A program made the position numbers and the translations under genes. The notes under the pieces were generated by a model. That model was not told the origin of the DNA and ran no database searches. It saw only the letters and a list, made by a program, of their open reading frames with translations. Below, piece after piece: positions 19,892 through 28,814 of a DNA stretch of 64,000 nucleotides; the first letter of the stretch is position 1; each line of letters opens with the position of its first letter. The stretch is from an uncultured delta proteobacterium (GTDB lineage: Bacteria > Desulfobacterota > Binatia > UBA9968). The stretch lies in the NCBI GenBank assembly GCA_963760795.1, contig CAVXEP010000028.1:1-64000 (forward strand), written 5' to 3'.

Positions 19892-20184
19892 TCCGGGTTA
19901 CGCTGCCACCCCACTTGCGCAAACTCTCGCAAGTCGACGGCGAGATCGCACTCGACGTTGCGGCGCCAGTCACCCAACGCTCGGTGCTCGACGCCGTCGA
20001 AGCGCGCTATCCGATGCTGCGCGGGACGATTCGCGACCATGTCACGCACAAGCGCCGCGCGTACGTGCGCTTCTTCGCCTGTGGCGAGGATCTTTCCCAT
20101 GATTCGCCCGACGCGCCTTTGCCTGGGGCCGTCGCTTCCGGCGCCGAGCCTTTCATGATCGTCGGCGCCCTCGCCGGCGGTTAA
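19888..20184 (+). CDS. MoaD/ThiS ubiquitin-like protein
   Basis: 98 aa beta-grasp pattern ending ..GALAGG-stop; ATGA overlap with the propeller gene. Confidence 0.88.
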   Translation: MIRVTLPPHLRKLSQVDGEIALDVAAPVTQRSVLDAVEARYPMLRGTIRDHVTHKRRAYVRFFACGEDLSHDSPDAPLPGAVASGAEPFMIVGALAGG

Positions 20185-20277
20185 GATGATCGAAGGCTTC
20201 AAACCTGCTAATGACGCTACGGCGCATTGCCAGTATGCGCTAAATTGCCCGGAGTGCATCGATGAGGAGGAATTTTT

Positions 20278-20814
20278 GTGATCAAGAAAATCTTTATTGC
20301 GCTGGTCGCGTTAGTCGCCATATTCATCGTGATCGTTGCCCTACAACCCGCGGAATTTCGCGTCACCCGCTCGGCCGTCATTGCGGCACCCACGCCAGCG
20401 GTGTTCGCGCAGGTTAACGACTTTCATAAATGGGATGGCTGGTCACCCTGGGCGAAACTCGATCCGAACATGAAAACAACTCATGAAGGCGCGCCCGCTG
20501 GAGCTGGGGCTATCTACTCGTGGGCCGGCAATAGCGATGTCGGTGAAGGACGCATGACACTGACGGAGAGCCGACCCAGCGAACTCGTGCGTATCACGCT
20601 CGAATTCAAGAAACCATTTGAGGCGACCAACACCACGGAGTTCAGCTTCAAGCCCGAAGCCGACAAAACCCTGGTCACTTGGAGTATGGCAGGTGAAAAC
20701 AATTTCATGGCCAAGGCTTTCGGCCTAGTCATGAACATGGATAAAATGGTCGGCGGCGATTTCGAGAAGGGCCTAGCGCAATTGAAATCAGTGGCGGAAT
20801 CATCCAGCAAATAA
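20278..20814 (+). CDS. SRPBCC/polyketide cyclase family protein with N-terminal anchor
   Basis: WDGWSPWAKLDP, VGEGRM, MDKMVGGDFEKGL. Confidence 0.88.
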   Translation: MIKKIFIALVALVAIFIVIVALQPAEFRVTRSAVIAAPTPAVFAQVNDFHKWDGWSPWAKLDPNMKTTHEGAPAGAGAIYSWAGNSDVGEGRMTLTESRPSELVRITLEFKKPFEATNTTEFSFKPEADKTLVTWSMAGENNFMAKAFGLVMNMDKMVGGDFEKGLAQLKSVAESSSK

Positions 20815-20883
20815 TCACCGCTCAACGGATCAAACCATGCAACAACCCCAAACAGAGGACAGTCACCACATAGGAAACCAATC

Positions 20884-21249
20884 ATGAACATTGCACTGTG
20901 GATTATCCAAGGATTGCTCGCCGCGCTCTTTCTATTCACCGGCGGCATGAAGTTGATCACCCCCATCGAGGAAATGACAAAGCAGATTGCCATGCCAGGA
21001 TGGTTTCTCCGCTTCATTGGCGTCGCGGAGATGCTCGGCGCCATCGGCTTGATACTCCCATGGCTTTTAAAGGTTCGCCCTGGGCTCACGCCGCTCGCCG
21101 CCGCTGGTTTAACCATCATCATGATTGGCGCCGTTGTGGTGACCGTGATCATCGGTGATCCCGCAACGGCGCTGATGCCCCTCGCGACCGGCATGCTCTG
21201 CGTATTCGTCGCCTACGGCCGCGGCCGCCTCACTGCATCCCCTCGCTGA
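20884..21249 (+). CDS. DoxX-like membrane protein
   Basis: MNIALWIIQGLLA..GGMKL, IGVAEMLGAIGLILP. Confidence 0.88.
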   Translation: MNIALWIIQGLLAALFLFTGGMKLITPIEEMTKQIAMPGWFLRFIGVAEMLGAIGLILPWLLKVRPGLTPLAAAGLTIIMIGAVVVTVIIGDPATALMPLATGMLCVFVAYGRGRLTASPR

Positions 21250-22069
21250 TATACTGAATCACGTACCCCGCCGGATCGTCCATGTACGTTCCGGCGGTGC
21301 CGCCGGGGTGGCGGCCTTTGGCTTCTTCACCGCGGTCACCGTTCGGAATGCCGAGACGGTCGAGCTGGGCGAGCGCATCGCGCCATTGAGCCGGTGCGAC
21401 GTAAAAGCCAAGATGGGGTCCAGGGATCTTGCGGCTCATCGGATAGCCCTTTGGGCGGAAATCCGATTCCGTGAGGATCAGGTATTGACCGCTGGCCATG
21501 CGCATGGCTGCCTGGTTGCGATTGGTCTTAGTATCCAACCCATGGTTAAGCAGCTCGAAGCCCAACACCGCCTGGTAAAATTTGATCGACTCGTCGAGCT
21601 TGGGCGCTTCCAACTCCAAGTAGCCGACCCCGGTGAGCCGTTCACCCGTTGCGGCTGCGCTCTGGCCATCGATGCTCGGCACATAGACCGCGAAATTGTT
21701 ACCCGCGGGATCGGCAAAAAACAGCGTCGTGGTGGCGAACGGATGAGTGTTTTTTTGCGGCCCTTCGAAAGGGATCTTCCATTTCGCCAGCACATCCATC
21801 ACCTCCTCGATGCCATGCTTGGTGGTGGTAAACGAATAGGTCGGTGTGCCGCGCGGGGCGACCGGTTGGCCGCGCTCTTCTTTTTGCAGATAAACGCCGA
21901 TGCGCTTGCCGGCGATGTCCAGGAACGTATGCGGCCCGAGGCTTTGCGATTTGACGTTAAGACCGTTGCGTTTGGCGATCCTGCCGCCGAACACTTGCAC
22001 GTAAAAATCCTCGGCGACGACAATGTCGTTAACCGGCACGACGAAATGATCCAGAGCTTGCACCAACAT
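21230..22069 (-). CDS. two-domain VOC protein (glyoxalase/extradiol dioxygenase fold)
   Basis: LDHFVVPV..FADPAGN and HLGFYV..YMDDPAGY; ATG 22069 after GGAGG. Confidence 0.8.
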   Translation of the reverse strand: MLVQALDHFVVPVNDIVVAEDFYVQVFGGRIAKRNGLNVKSQSLGPHTFLDIAGKRIGVYLQKEERGQPVAPRGTPTYSFTTTKHGIEEVMDVLAKWKIPFEGPQKNTHPFATTTLFFADPAGNNFAVYVPSIDGQSAAATGERLTGVGYLELEAPKLDESIKFYQAVLGFELLNHGLDTKTNRNQAAMRMASGQYLILTESDFRPKGYPMSRKIPGPHLGFYVAPAQWRDALAQLDRLGIPNGDRGEEAKGRHPGGTAGTYMDDPAGYVIQYISEGMQ

Positions 22070-22246
22070 GATTCCTCCGGCTGCAGGACCGGCTTGGATG
22101 ACCGGCTTTCCCTCAATTATCAAGGATTGATGAAAAACGCGAGAAGCACCGCCGTCCAAGTCCAATTACGTTGACTTGGATTGAACCCCTGGCTAGAATC
22201 CGCCCAGTCTTCAATCGATCCACCGAACCATTCAAAGGAGCGCCAA

Positions 22247-22609
22247 ATGATTCTATCGAAGAACGCCGATGTCAAAGCGATCACCGTCAAAGCCATCGAA
22301 GGCAAGCCGATGTACGGCGGCGATTTACTAGTGAAACCGCTCATCACCGGCGAGCAGATGACCTTTTTGGAAATTTATTACACCCCCGGCGTCGGCGCGC
22401 CGCTGCATGTGCATACCCACGAGTCGCTCGCCTATGTCGTCAAAGGCAAAGTCAAAATGACCGTGGGAACGGAAGAGTTCATTCTCGGCCCCGGCGATGT
22501 CTGTCGCCACCCCAAGGGCGTGCCCCATGGCGTCGAGGGCATCGAGGAGTCCATCGTTGTCGAGATCAAATCGCCGGCACCGGAGCTCGGCAGCTTTTTG
22601 GGCATGTAA
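22247..22609 (+). CDS. cupin domain protein
   Basis: PLHVHTHE..GDVCRHPKGVPHGV metal motif; ATG after AAGGAG. Confidence 0.88.
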   Translation: MILSKNADVKAITVKAIEGKPMYGGDLLVKPLITGEQMTFLEIYYTPGVGAPLHVHTHESLAYVVKGKVKMTVGTEEFILGPGDVCRHPKGVPHGVEGIEESIVVEIKSPAPELGSFLGM

Positions 22610-22642
22610 ATCCACCGCGAGAACCACAAGGAGAATTCAATC

Positions 22643-22996
22643 ATGGCAGGCAAAGCAAAATACTTGATGATCGCCAGCATGGATGTCGACGCCGAGCACG
22701 ACGCGATCTTCAACGAAGTCTACGACAAAGAGCATGTGCCCAATCTGCTTAAAGTCCCCGGTGTCCTCGGCGTATCGCGCTACAAACGCGGCACGCTGAC
22801 CATGAATATCGGCGGCGAAAGCAAGACCATCGAGATTCCCAACGAGCCGGTCTACACCGCGATCTATGAGTTGGAAAGCCCCGACGTACTCACGAGCGCG
22901 GCGTGGGACAAGGCCATCGAAGACGGCCGCTGGCCTGGCCAAGTGCGCCCACACACAAAAAACCGGCGCCATGTCTTGCTAAAGTTAATGGACTGA
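22643..22996 (+). CDS. EthD/DUF4286-like dimeric alpha+beta barrel protein
   Basis: FNEVYDKEHVPNLLKVPGV, YTAIYELES. Confidence 0.75.
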   Translation: MAGKAKYLMIASMDVDAEHDAIFNEVYDKEHVPNLLKVPGVLGVSRYKRGTLTMNIGGESKTIEIPNEPVYTAIYELESPDVLTSAAWDKAIEDGRWPGQVRPHTKNRRHVLLKLMD

Positions 22997-23021
22997 CCGC
23001 GACGCTCTGTTTGGTCGGTTA

Positions 23022-23486
23022 TCACGCACCTTGAGGATTGAGCAGTTCCTTCAATTTTGCGCCGACCTGCTCTGCTTGCGCCGCATCCACATGCGCCTCG
23101 AAGAGCGGAAACAGTTCGCGCTCTTCTGTGCGAATATGGCGCTCAAGCAGATCACCCAAGTCAAAAATGAGCTTCGCCAAGCTCGTGCCGGATTCGAGCT
23201 GCGGCATGGCGCGGCGCAGCTGGTCATGATCCTGCACCAGCCGATCGATCATGACATCACAACCGGCTACCTGTTGACGCATCAGCGGGAACAGGACTTG
23301 TTCTTCAGCATTGAAATGGGCCACCAGATTAGCGCGGTAAAATTCTAAAAACTCCTTGGCGCGCTCGCGCAACCCCTCGGCACCCATGGGCTTGATCTGG
23401 CCAAGCCCCTGCTTGCGGCAGCGCAAGGCCAGCGCCAGACCATGATGGTGGTCGTGCGATAACAGAAGTAAGCTCGGATGACGCAT
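23022..23486 (-). CDS. hemerythrin domain protein
   Basis: MRHPSL..SHDHHHGL, HFNAEEQVLF, HIRTEERELF. Confidence 0.88.
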   Translation of the reverse strand: MRHPSLLLLSHDHHHGLALALRCRKQGLGQIKPMGAEGLRERAKEFLEFYRANLVAHFNAEEQVLFPLMRQQVAGCDVMIDRLVQDHDQLRRAMPQLESGTSLAKLIFDLGDLLERHIRTEERELFPLFEAHVDAAQAEQVGAKLKELLNPQGA

Positions 23487-23502
23487 TGTGGACTCACGGG
23501 AC

Positions 23503-23583
23503 TGGAGTGATGGAGTATTGTAGTTTTGGAGTGTTGGATTATCCGCACCCACTACACCATCATTCCGCCACTCCATTACTCCA
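23503..23583. repeat. palindromic octamer-repeat element (TGGAGTNN)n...(NNACTCCA)n
   Basis: TGGAGTGA TGGAGTAT TGTAGTTT TGGAGTGT ... CCACTCCA TTACTCCA; second copy at 35435. Confidence 0.75.
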
Positions 23584-23591
23584 AGGTAATT

Positions 23592-24767
23592 TCAGATTGC
23601 TCCTTTGGCGCGGAGAGAGGCGATGGACGCCGCATCCAAGCCCAGGCTACTGAGAATCTCTTCGGTCTGTTCGCCCAAAACCGGCGGCGGACGATCGATC
23701 GTCGGCGGGGTGCGGCTCATGTCGACGGCGTTGCCGATGAGCTGCATCTTGCCCATTTGCGGATGCTCCACTTCGATCGGGAAACCGTAAGTTTTGACCT
23801 GCGGATCGGCGAACACTTCGTCGAGGGTGTTGATCGGCGCCGCCGGTACGTCTTTGGCGATCAGCCGGCGCAGCCAATCGTCGCGCTTGCCAGCGCGAAA
23901 GATCGGCGTCAGCAGTTCGTTCAACGCATCGTAGTTTTCCACCCGCGATTTGCGGTTGTTGAAGCGCGGATCCCGGGCCCACTCCGGTTTACCGACGACG
24001 TCGAACAGGCCAAGCCAGAATTTATCCGGCGACGACATGTGCAACACGAACGCTAGGCCGTCTTGGTCTTCGAAGGCGAACACGCCGGCGGTGGTCGTGC
24101 GATGCTTGCGCCGCGGCACATGGCCGGTCTCGAAATAGCGCGCCGCACTCTCGCTGACGAAAGATATCGAGGCGCGCAGTAACGAAGTCTCGACATGCTG
24201 CCCCTCGCCGCTGAGCGTGCGATTCATCAGCGCGCCCAACACGCCGTAGCAGGCGTACATGCCGGTCAGATGATCGGAAAACGAGATGCCCATGCCTTGC
24301 GGCTTGCCCGGATCGGTCAGCAAGCTCAACAAGCCGCTGCGCGCCTGGCCGATGGTATCGTAGCCCGGCATGTCGCGGTACGGCCCCTTGGGACCGAAGC
24401 CGGAAATCGAACAGTAAACGATCTTGGCATTGAGCTTTTTGATGTCATCGTAACCGAGGCCGCGTTTGTCCAAGACGCCGGGGCGAAAGTTTTGAATAAA
24501 CACATCGGCGCTGGCTAATAACTGAAGCAGCACATCGCGCCCCTCATCGGTACGAAAATCTACCGTAACGCTTTTCTTGTTGCGGTTGAGACTGCAAAAC
24601 GTCGACGAGTAGTTGCGCTCGCCCCAGCCGCGAAACGGATCGCCGCGTTGAGGCTCCTCGACTTTGATCACATCTGCGCCCAAGTCCGCCAGGAGCTGCG
24701 ACGCGAACGGCCCGGTCACATAACTCGCCGCTTCGATGACTTTGATGCCCGCCAGTGCCCCATCCAT
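23592..24767 (-). CDS. CaiB/BaiF class III CoA transferase
   Basis: GPFASQLLADLGADVIKVE, LNRNKKS, NFRPG, GYD. Confidence 0.92.
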   Translation of the reverse strand: MDGALAGIKVIEAASYVTGPFASQLLADLGADVIKVEEPQRGDPFRGWGERNYSSTFCSLNRNKKSVTVDFRTDEGRDVLLQLLASADVFIQNFRPGVLDKRGLGYDDIKKLNAKIVYCSISGFGPKGPYRDMPGYDTIGQARSGLLSLLTDPGKPQGMGISFSDHLTGMYACYGVLGALMNRTLSGEGQHVETSLLRASISFVSESAARYFETGHVPRRKHRTTTAGVFAFEDQDGLAFVLHMSSPDKFWLGLFDVVGKPEWARDPRFNNRKSRVENYDALNELLTPIFRAGKRDDWLRRLIAKDVPAAPINTLDEVFADPQVKTYGFPIEVEHPQMGKMQLIGNAVDMSRTPPTIDRPPPVLGEQTEEILSSLGLDAASIASLRAKGAI

Positions 24768-24870
24768 GGTTGCCGTCCTTTAAAACAGATGATCTGTCCT
24801 TCCTAGCTGCTCGGCGTATTGGAAGCAAGCCGGCACGGGCTGTCGTGATGGGGAATTGACGCGCTGAAAT

Positions 24871-24915
24871 AAAAAACCCTCCCGTTCGAAGTCGGCACGA
24901 CTCGATCAGGGAGGG
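24871..24915 (-). terminator. intrinsic terminator after the HTH gene
   Basis: CCCTCCC...GGGAGGG stem with inner AGTCG/CGACT pairing, followed by T6 on the minus strand. Confidence 0.75.
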
Positions 24916-24944
24916 CTTCTTAGTGGAAAGTCGATCTGGGAAAA

Positions 24945-25148
24945 CTAGCGTTCTTCGGTGTGCAGCTGGCGCGGCGCCGGCGGTTGCCCTTGGGGTGAAA
25001 CCATTGCGACAATATCGGTTCGGCTAAAACGCCATCCCCCGCCGAACTTGCGCCCAGGAATCGACCCCTGCTTGACCAGCTTGTAAACCGTCCGCGGGTG
25101 GATCTGTAGCAGCTCAGCTACTTCTCCCGCGGTTAAAATTTCATCCAT
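24945..25148 (-). CDS. small excisionase-family (HTH_17) DNA-binding protein
   Basis: MDEILTAGEVAELLQIHPRTVYKLVKQGSIPGRKFGGGWRF; GGAGG RBS. Confidence 0.88.
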   Translation of the reverse strand: MDEILTAGEVAELLQIHPRTVYKLVKQGSIPGRKFGGGWRFSRTDIVAMVSPQGQPPAPRQLHTEER

Positions 25149-25194
25149 CGAAACTCCTCCTTCCCTTGGAATCAAAATTCTAGGGACAACATTA

Positions 25195-25210
25195 GGCAGA
25201 ATCCATGCCA
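25195..25210 (-). promoter_or_regulatory. putative sigma54 promoter
   Basis: Minus strand TGGCAT-GGATT-CTGCC with correct GG/GC spacing; upstream palindrome TGTTC-N11-GAACA near 25310-25330. Confidence 0.55.
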
Positions 25211-25467
25211 CAAACACTCTGCTGGTTTCTCGGGACAGAACCGGCCAGTCGCGCAACTATCGGACAAACCGTGAAAATCGCACCAACCACAAAGCGCACA
25301 AACAGCGATTGTTCGGCACAATTGGGAACAAACCTGTAAGTTCTGCGCCCGTCGCCGGAAACCCGCTGGATTCCCTGCAGGCTCCTGCAACTTCGACAAC
25401 TGCCGCGAGTGCGAAGTGTAGTGTTTTCCAACAGAGATGAAATGAAAGCCAGCGTGACAAGGCAATA

Positions 25468-26182
25468 CTAACCGCCGAGGTAGGCCGCGATGATTCGGTC
25501 GTTGTGCAACAACTCATCACTGCGCCCCGACAAGACAATCGAGCCGTTCTCCATGACGTAAGCGTACTCGGCGATCTTGAGCGCCTGGCGGACATTCTGT
25601 TCCACCAGCAAGATCGACAAGCCGCTTTGATGCAGTTGCTTTCAAAGTCCGAAAGATTTCCTGAACTAGCAGTGGCGCCAAACCCATCGACGGCTCATCC
25701 AACAGCAACAAGCGCGGCCGCGCCATCAACGCGCGGGCGATAGCGAGCATCTGTTGCTCGCCGCCGGAAAGATTGCCGGCGGGACCCGCAAGCCGATCAT
25801 GCAAGCGCGGAAACAGCTCGAGCATTTTTACCAAGTCGCTGTCAATCCCACTCTGATCTCGTCGCCGATAGGCGCCGAGAAGCAAATTCTCGCGGACCGT
25901 AAGCGTAGCGAGAATCTCGCGCCCTTCGGCGACTTGGACAAGCCCAAGCTCGACGATCTGGTGCGGCGCCCGGCCGCGCAACTCCTTGCCGTCGAATTGG
26001 ATCGAGCCGGCGCTGATATTGAGCAGCCCCGACAGCGCCAGCAGCGTGGTCGACTTGCCGGCGCCATTGGCGCCGAGCAAGGTGACGACCTGTCCCAGCT
26101 CAAGGGTGAAGCTGATGCCTCTGACCGCTTCGATGGTGCCATAGCGCACCAGCAAATTTTCAACGTGAAGCAACGCGCTCAT
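25468..26182 (-). pseudogene. livF: branched-chain amino acid ABC ATPase LivF, frameshifted (possibly a sequencing error)
   Basis: GANGAGKST, LSGGEQQ, LLLDEPS; one extra A near 25641; the alternative frame continues QLHQSGLSILLVEQNVRQAL..AAYLGG-stop at 25468. Confidence 0.85.
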
Positions 26183-26190
26183 AACAAGCT

Positions 26191-26967
26191 TTACACCGGC
26201 GCGCCATCTTCGGCGCTCTCTTCGCCCAAATAAGCTTCGACCACCGCGGGGTTGGCGCGAATCTCTTCCGGCGTGCCCTGAGCGATCAGCTGACCAAAAT
26301 TGAGCACGGCGATTTGCCAGCACAGTCCCATGACAAAGCGCATGTCATGCTCGATGATCAAAATGCTCAAGCCGCTCTCTTCCAACTTGACAATCTCTTC
26401 CATGAGCTGCTGCTTCTCCGCCCCATTCATCCCCGCCGCCGGTTCGTCGAGCAGCAAAAGTTTGGGCGCCGTGGCCAGCGCCCTGGCGATTTCCAAGCGG
26501 CGCTGTTCGCCATAGGAAAGTTTGCCGGCCATGATAGCCGCTTTGTCCGCAAGACCGACCTTGGCTAGCAGCTCCTGCACCTCGGCTCGTTCTCGCTGCA
26601 GCGCTGCCCGAAAACGTGCCGACGGCCAGAGTACGCGCACGGCGCCGTGGTGATCCTGCCGCCCGATGGCGACTAAGACGTTCTCGGCCAGGGTCATTTC
26701 TTTGAATATGCGAATATTCTGAAAGGTCCGAGCGACGCCGCAACGGGTAACCCGATGCGGCGCTAATCCGGTTAACGGTTGGCCGCGGAACTCGATGGTG
26801 CCGCTGGTCGGCGCCGTTAAACCGGTGATCAAATTGAACACCGTGGTCTTGCCCGCGCCGTTGGGACCGATCAAGCCAAAGATGCCGCGCGCGGGAATCA
26901 CTAGGCTGATGTTCTGCAAAACCTGCAGGCCGCCAAAGTTTTTCGTAACCGACGACAATGTCAGCAT
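26191..26967 (-). CDS. livG: branched-chain amino acid ABC ATPase LivG
   Basis: GPNGAGKTT, ARTFQNIR, LSYGEQRRLE, IEHDM, EAYLG. Confidence 0.92.
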   Translation of the reverse strand: MLTLSSVTKNFGGLQVLQNISLVIPARGIFGLIGPNGAGKTTVFNLITGLTAPTSGTIEFRGQPLTGLAPHRVTRCGVARTFQNIRIFKEMTLAENVLVAIGRQDHHGAVRVLWPSARFRAALQRERAEVQELLAKVGLADKAAIMAGKLSYGEQRRLEIARALATAPKLLLLDEPAAGMNGAEKQQLMEEIVKLEESGLSILIIEHDMRFVMGLCWQIAVLNFGQLIAQGTPEEIRANPAVVEAYLGEESAEDGAPV

Positions 26968-26969
26968 GG

Positions 26970-27824
26970 CTAATTTACCGCTGTGCGGCGCTGCAGAAAT
27001 CGCGTCAGATCCCAGATACCCTTGGGCGAGTAAAGTATGATGACGATCAAAATCAATCCGTTGATCAGCGGGCGGTAATCGCCGAGGCCGCGTAGCAACT
27101 CCGGCAGCAGTGTAATCAGAACACCGCCGGTCACCGCGCCCCAGGGGCTGCCGGTGCCGCCGAGCACACCCATCGCCAAGATCTCGACGCCGCGGTCGAA
27201 ACCGTACTCATTGGGACTGATGAAAAAAGTAAAATGAGCGTTCAAGCCGCCCGCCAATCCGGCCAATCCAGCGCCAAGCGCGAAGGCGAAAAGTTTAAAA
27301 GCGCGCACGTTGAGCCCCATTAGCTCAGTGGCGGTTTCATCCTGGCAAATCGCTGCCAGAGCGCGGCCGATCTGCGAGCCGGCGAAGCGCAGCAGCACGT
27401 ACAATGCCGCGCTCACCGCCAGCGCAACGTCGAACCATTGGGTATGCTGCGGGATGCCGTTGAGGCCTAAAGCGCCGCCGGTAAGGTTTTCGCTGTTGAG
27501 CAGAAATATCCGCACGATCTCGCCAAAGGCGAGGGTCGCCATCGCCAAGTAGACTCCCGACAGCCGCAGCGTCGGCGGACCGAGCAACAACGCCACTGCC
27601 GCCGGCAGCAGCGCCCCCAGCAACAACGATAAATGAAAAGGCAGACCGCTGTGCACGCTTAACAACGCCGCCGTGTAACTGCCGATGCCCATGAACGCGG
27701 CGTTGGCGACGGTCAAGAGCCCACACGCGAGGGTCAGATAAATCGACAACGCCAACAGCACGTTGGTGCCAATGGAAAGCACCAGCGTGCTATAAGTAGC
27801 CCAGAAGGTTTCGAGCCATTCCAT
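26970..27824 (-). CDS. livM: branched-chain amino acid ABC permease LivM
   Basis: LRLSGVYLAMATLAFGEI, TGGALG, VLGGTGS. Confidence 0.9.
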   Translation of the reverse strand: MEWLETFWATYSTLVLSIGTNVLLALSIYLTLACGLLTVANAAFMGIGSYTAALLSVHSGLPFHLSLLLGALLPAAVALLLGPPTLRLSGVYLAMATLAFGEIVRIFLLNSENLTGGALGLNGIPQHTQWFDVALAVSAALYVLLRFAGSQIGRALAAICQDETATELMGLNVRAFKLFAFALGAGLAGLAGGLNAHFTFFISPNEYGFDRGVEILAMGVLGGTGSPWGAVTGGVLITLLPELLRGLGDYRPLINGLILIVIILYSPKGIWDLTRFLQRRTAVN

Positions 27825-27880
27825 GTCAGTGATCTGAAGTTACAAACTAAACTCCGTACCGCAGCTTAACCACCTCTGCA

Positions 27881-27910
27881 CTCCGAACTTGAACTTTGAA
27901 CGTTGAACCA
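27881..27910. repeat. degenerate TTGAAC short tandem repeat
   Basis: CCGAACT TGAACT TTGAACG TTGAACC in the livH-livM spacer. Confidence 0.45.
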
Positions 27911-27929
27911 CGCCCATAGGGCGTTCAGG

Positions 27930-28811
27930 TCAAGCGCGCCGCTGCGCCACTTTGCCGAACAAGCCTTCGGGCCGGAGTAACAGGATAGCGAACAGCAGGC
28001 CGAAGGCCACAGCATCGCGCATGGTCGAGCCAATATAAGCCACGGAAAAAACTTCGGCACAGCCAAGAAAGAAACCGCCGAGAAGGGCGCCGCGGATATC
28101 GCCCATGCCGCCGAGAATGACCACGGCGATGCCTTTGTGCAGCATCGGTTGGCCCATCTGGGGAAACACCGCGTTGGTGTAGAGCGCGATCAATACGCCG
28201 GCCACACCGCCCAGGAGCGCGGCGATGACCGAAGTCATGCGAAACAGCCCTTCGACGTCGATACCCAACAGCGCCGCCGCCTTGCGCGACTCCGCCAACG
28301 CACGCAGGGCACAACCCATGCGCGTGTGTTTGAGCCACCACAGCAGGACAGCCATGAGGACCAACGCCAGGAGAATTATCTGAATCTCCAGCCAAGTAAC
28401 TTGCACCCCGCCAAACTGCAAACCTTCGGCGGCCAAGCCATGCACCGGAAAGCGCAAATTTTCGGCGCCGAAAATCCCCTGGATGGTACTGTTGAGAGAA
28501 ATACCCAAACCGATGGTGGCGATCATCGGCGCCAAATGAGGCGCTTGGCGAGCCCTCAGCGGCGCGAAGATCAAGCGGTCAAGCAACCAACCGGCAGCGC
28601 CGGTAACGACGATCGCAGCGCCCATCGCTAACGCCAAAGGCAATTTGAAATGCACCACCGCTTGCAGCGCCGTGTAGGCGCCGAGCATGAAGATCGCGCC
28701 ATGGGCGAGGTTGACGACGTTCAGGACGCCGAAGATCAGGGTGAAACCGAGAGCGAAGAGCGCGTAGACACCGCCCAGGGATATCGCGTTGACGAGTTGC
28801 TGGGCGAGCAT
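27930..28811 (-). CDS. livH: branched-chain amino acid ABC permease LivH
   Basis: YALFALGFTLIFGVLNVVNLAHG, VILGGMG, LRPEGLFG. Confidence 0.92.
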   Translation of the reverse strand: MLAQQLVNAISLGGVYALFALGFTLIFGVLNVVNLAHGAIFMLGAYTALQAVVHFKLPLALAMGAAIVVTGAAGWLLDRLIFAPLRARQAPHLAPMIATIGLGISLNSTIQGIFGAENLRFPVHGLAAEGLQFGGVQVTWLEIQIILLALVLMAVLLWWLKHTRMGCALRALAESRKAAALLGIDVEGLFRMTSVIAALLGGVAGVLIALYTNAVFPQMGQPMLHKGIAVVILGGMGDIRGALLGGFFLGCAEVFSVAYIGSTMRDAVAFGLLFAILLLRPEGLFGKVAQRRA

Positions 28812-28814
28812 CGA

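Noticed and set aside
21308-22174. Long antisense ORFs (also 35652-36485, 39594-40511, 50367-51182 and similar)
   Set aside because: Shadow frames of well-supported genes, expected in GC-rich DNA; no recognisable motifs
24945-25148. Excisionase as evidence of a prophage or ICE
   Set aside because: No integrase, tRNA, att repeats or phage genes nearby
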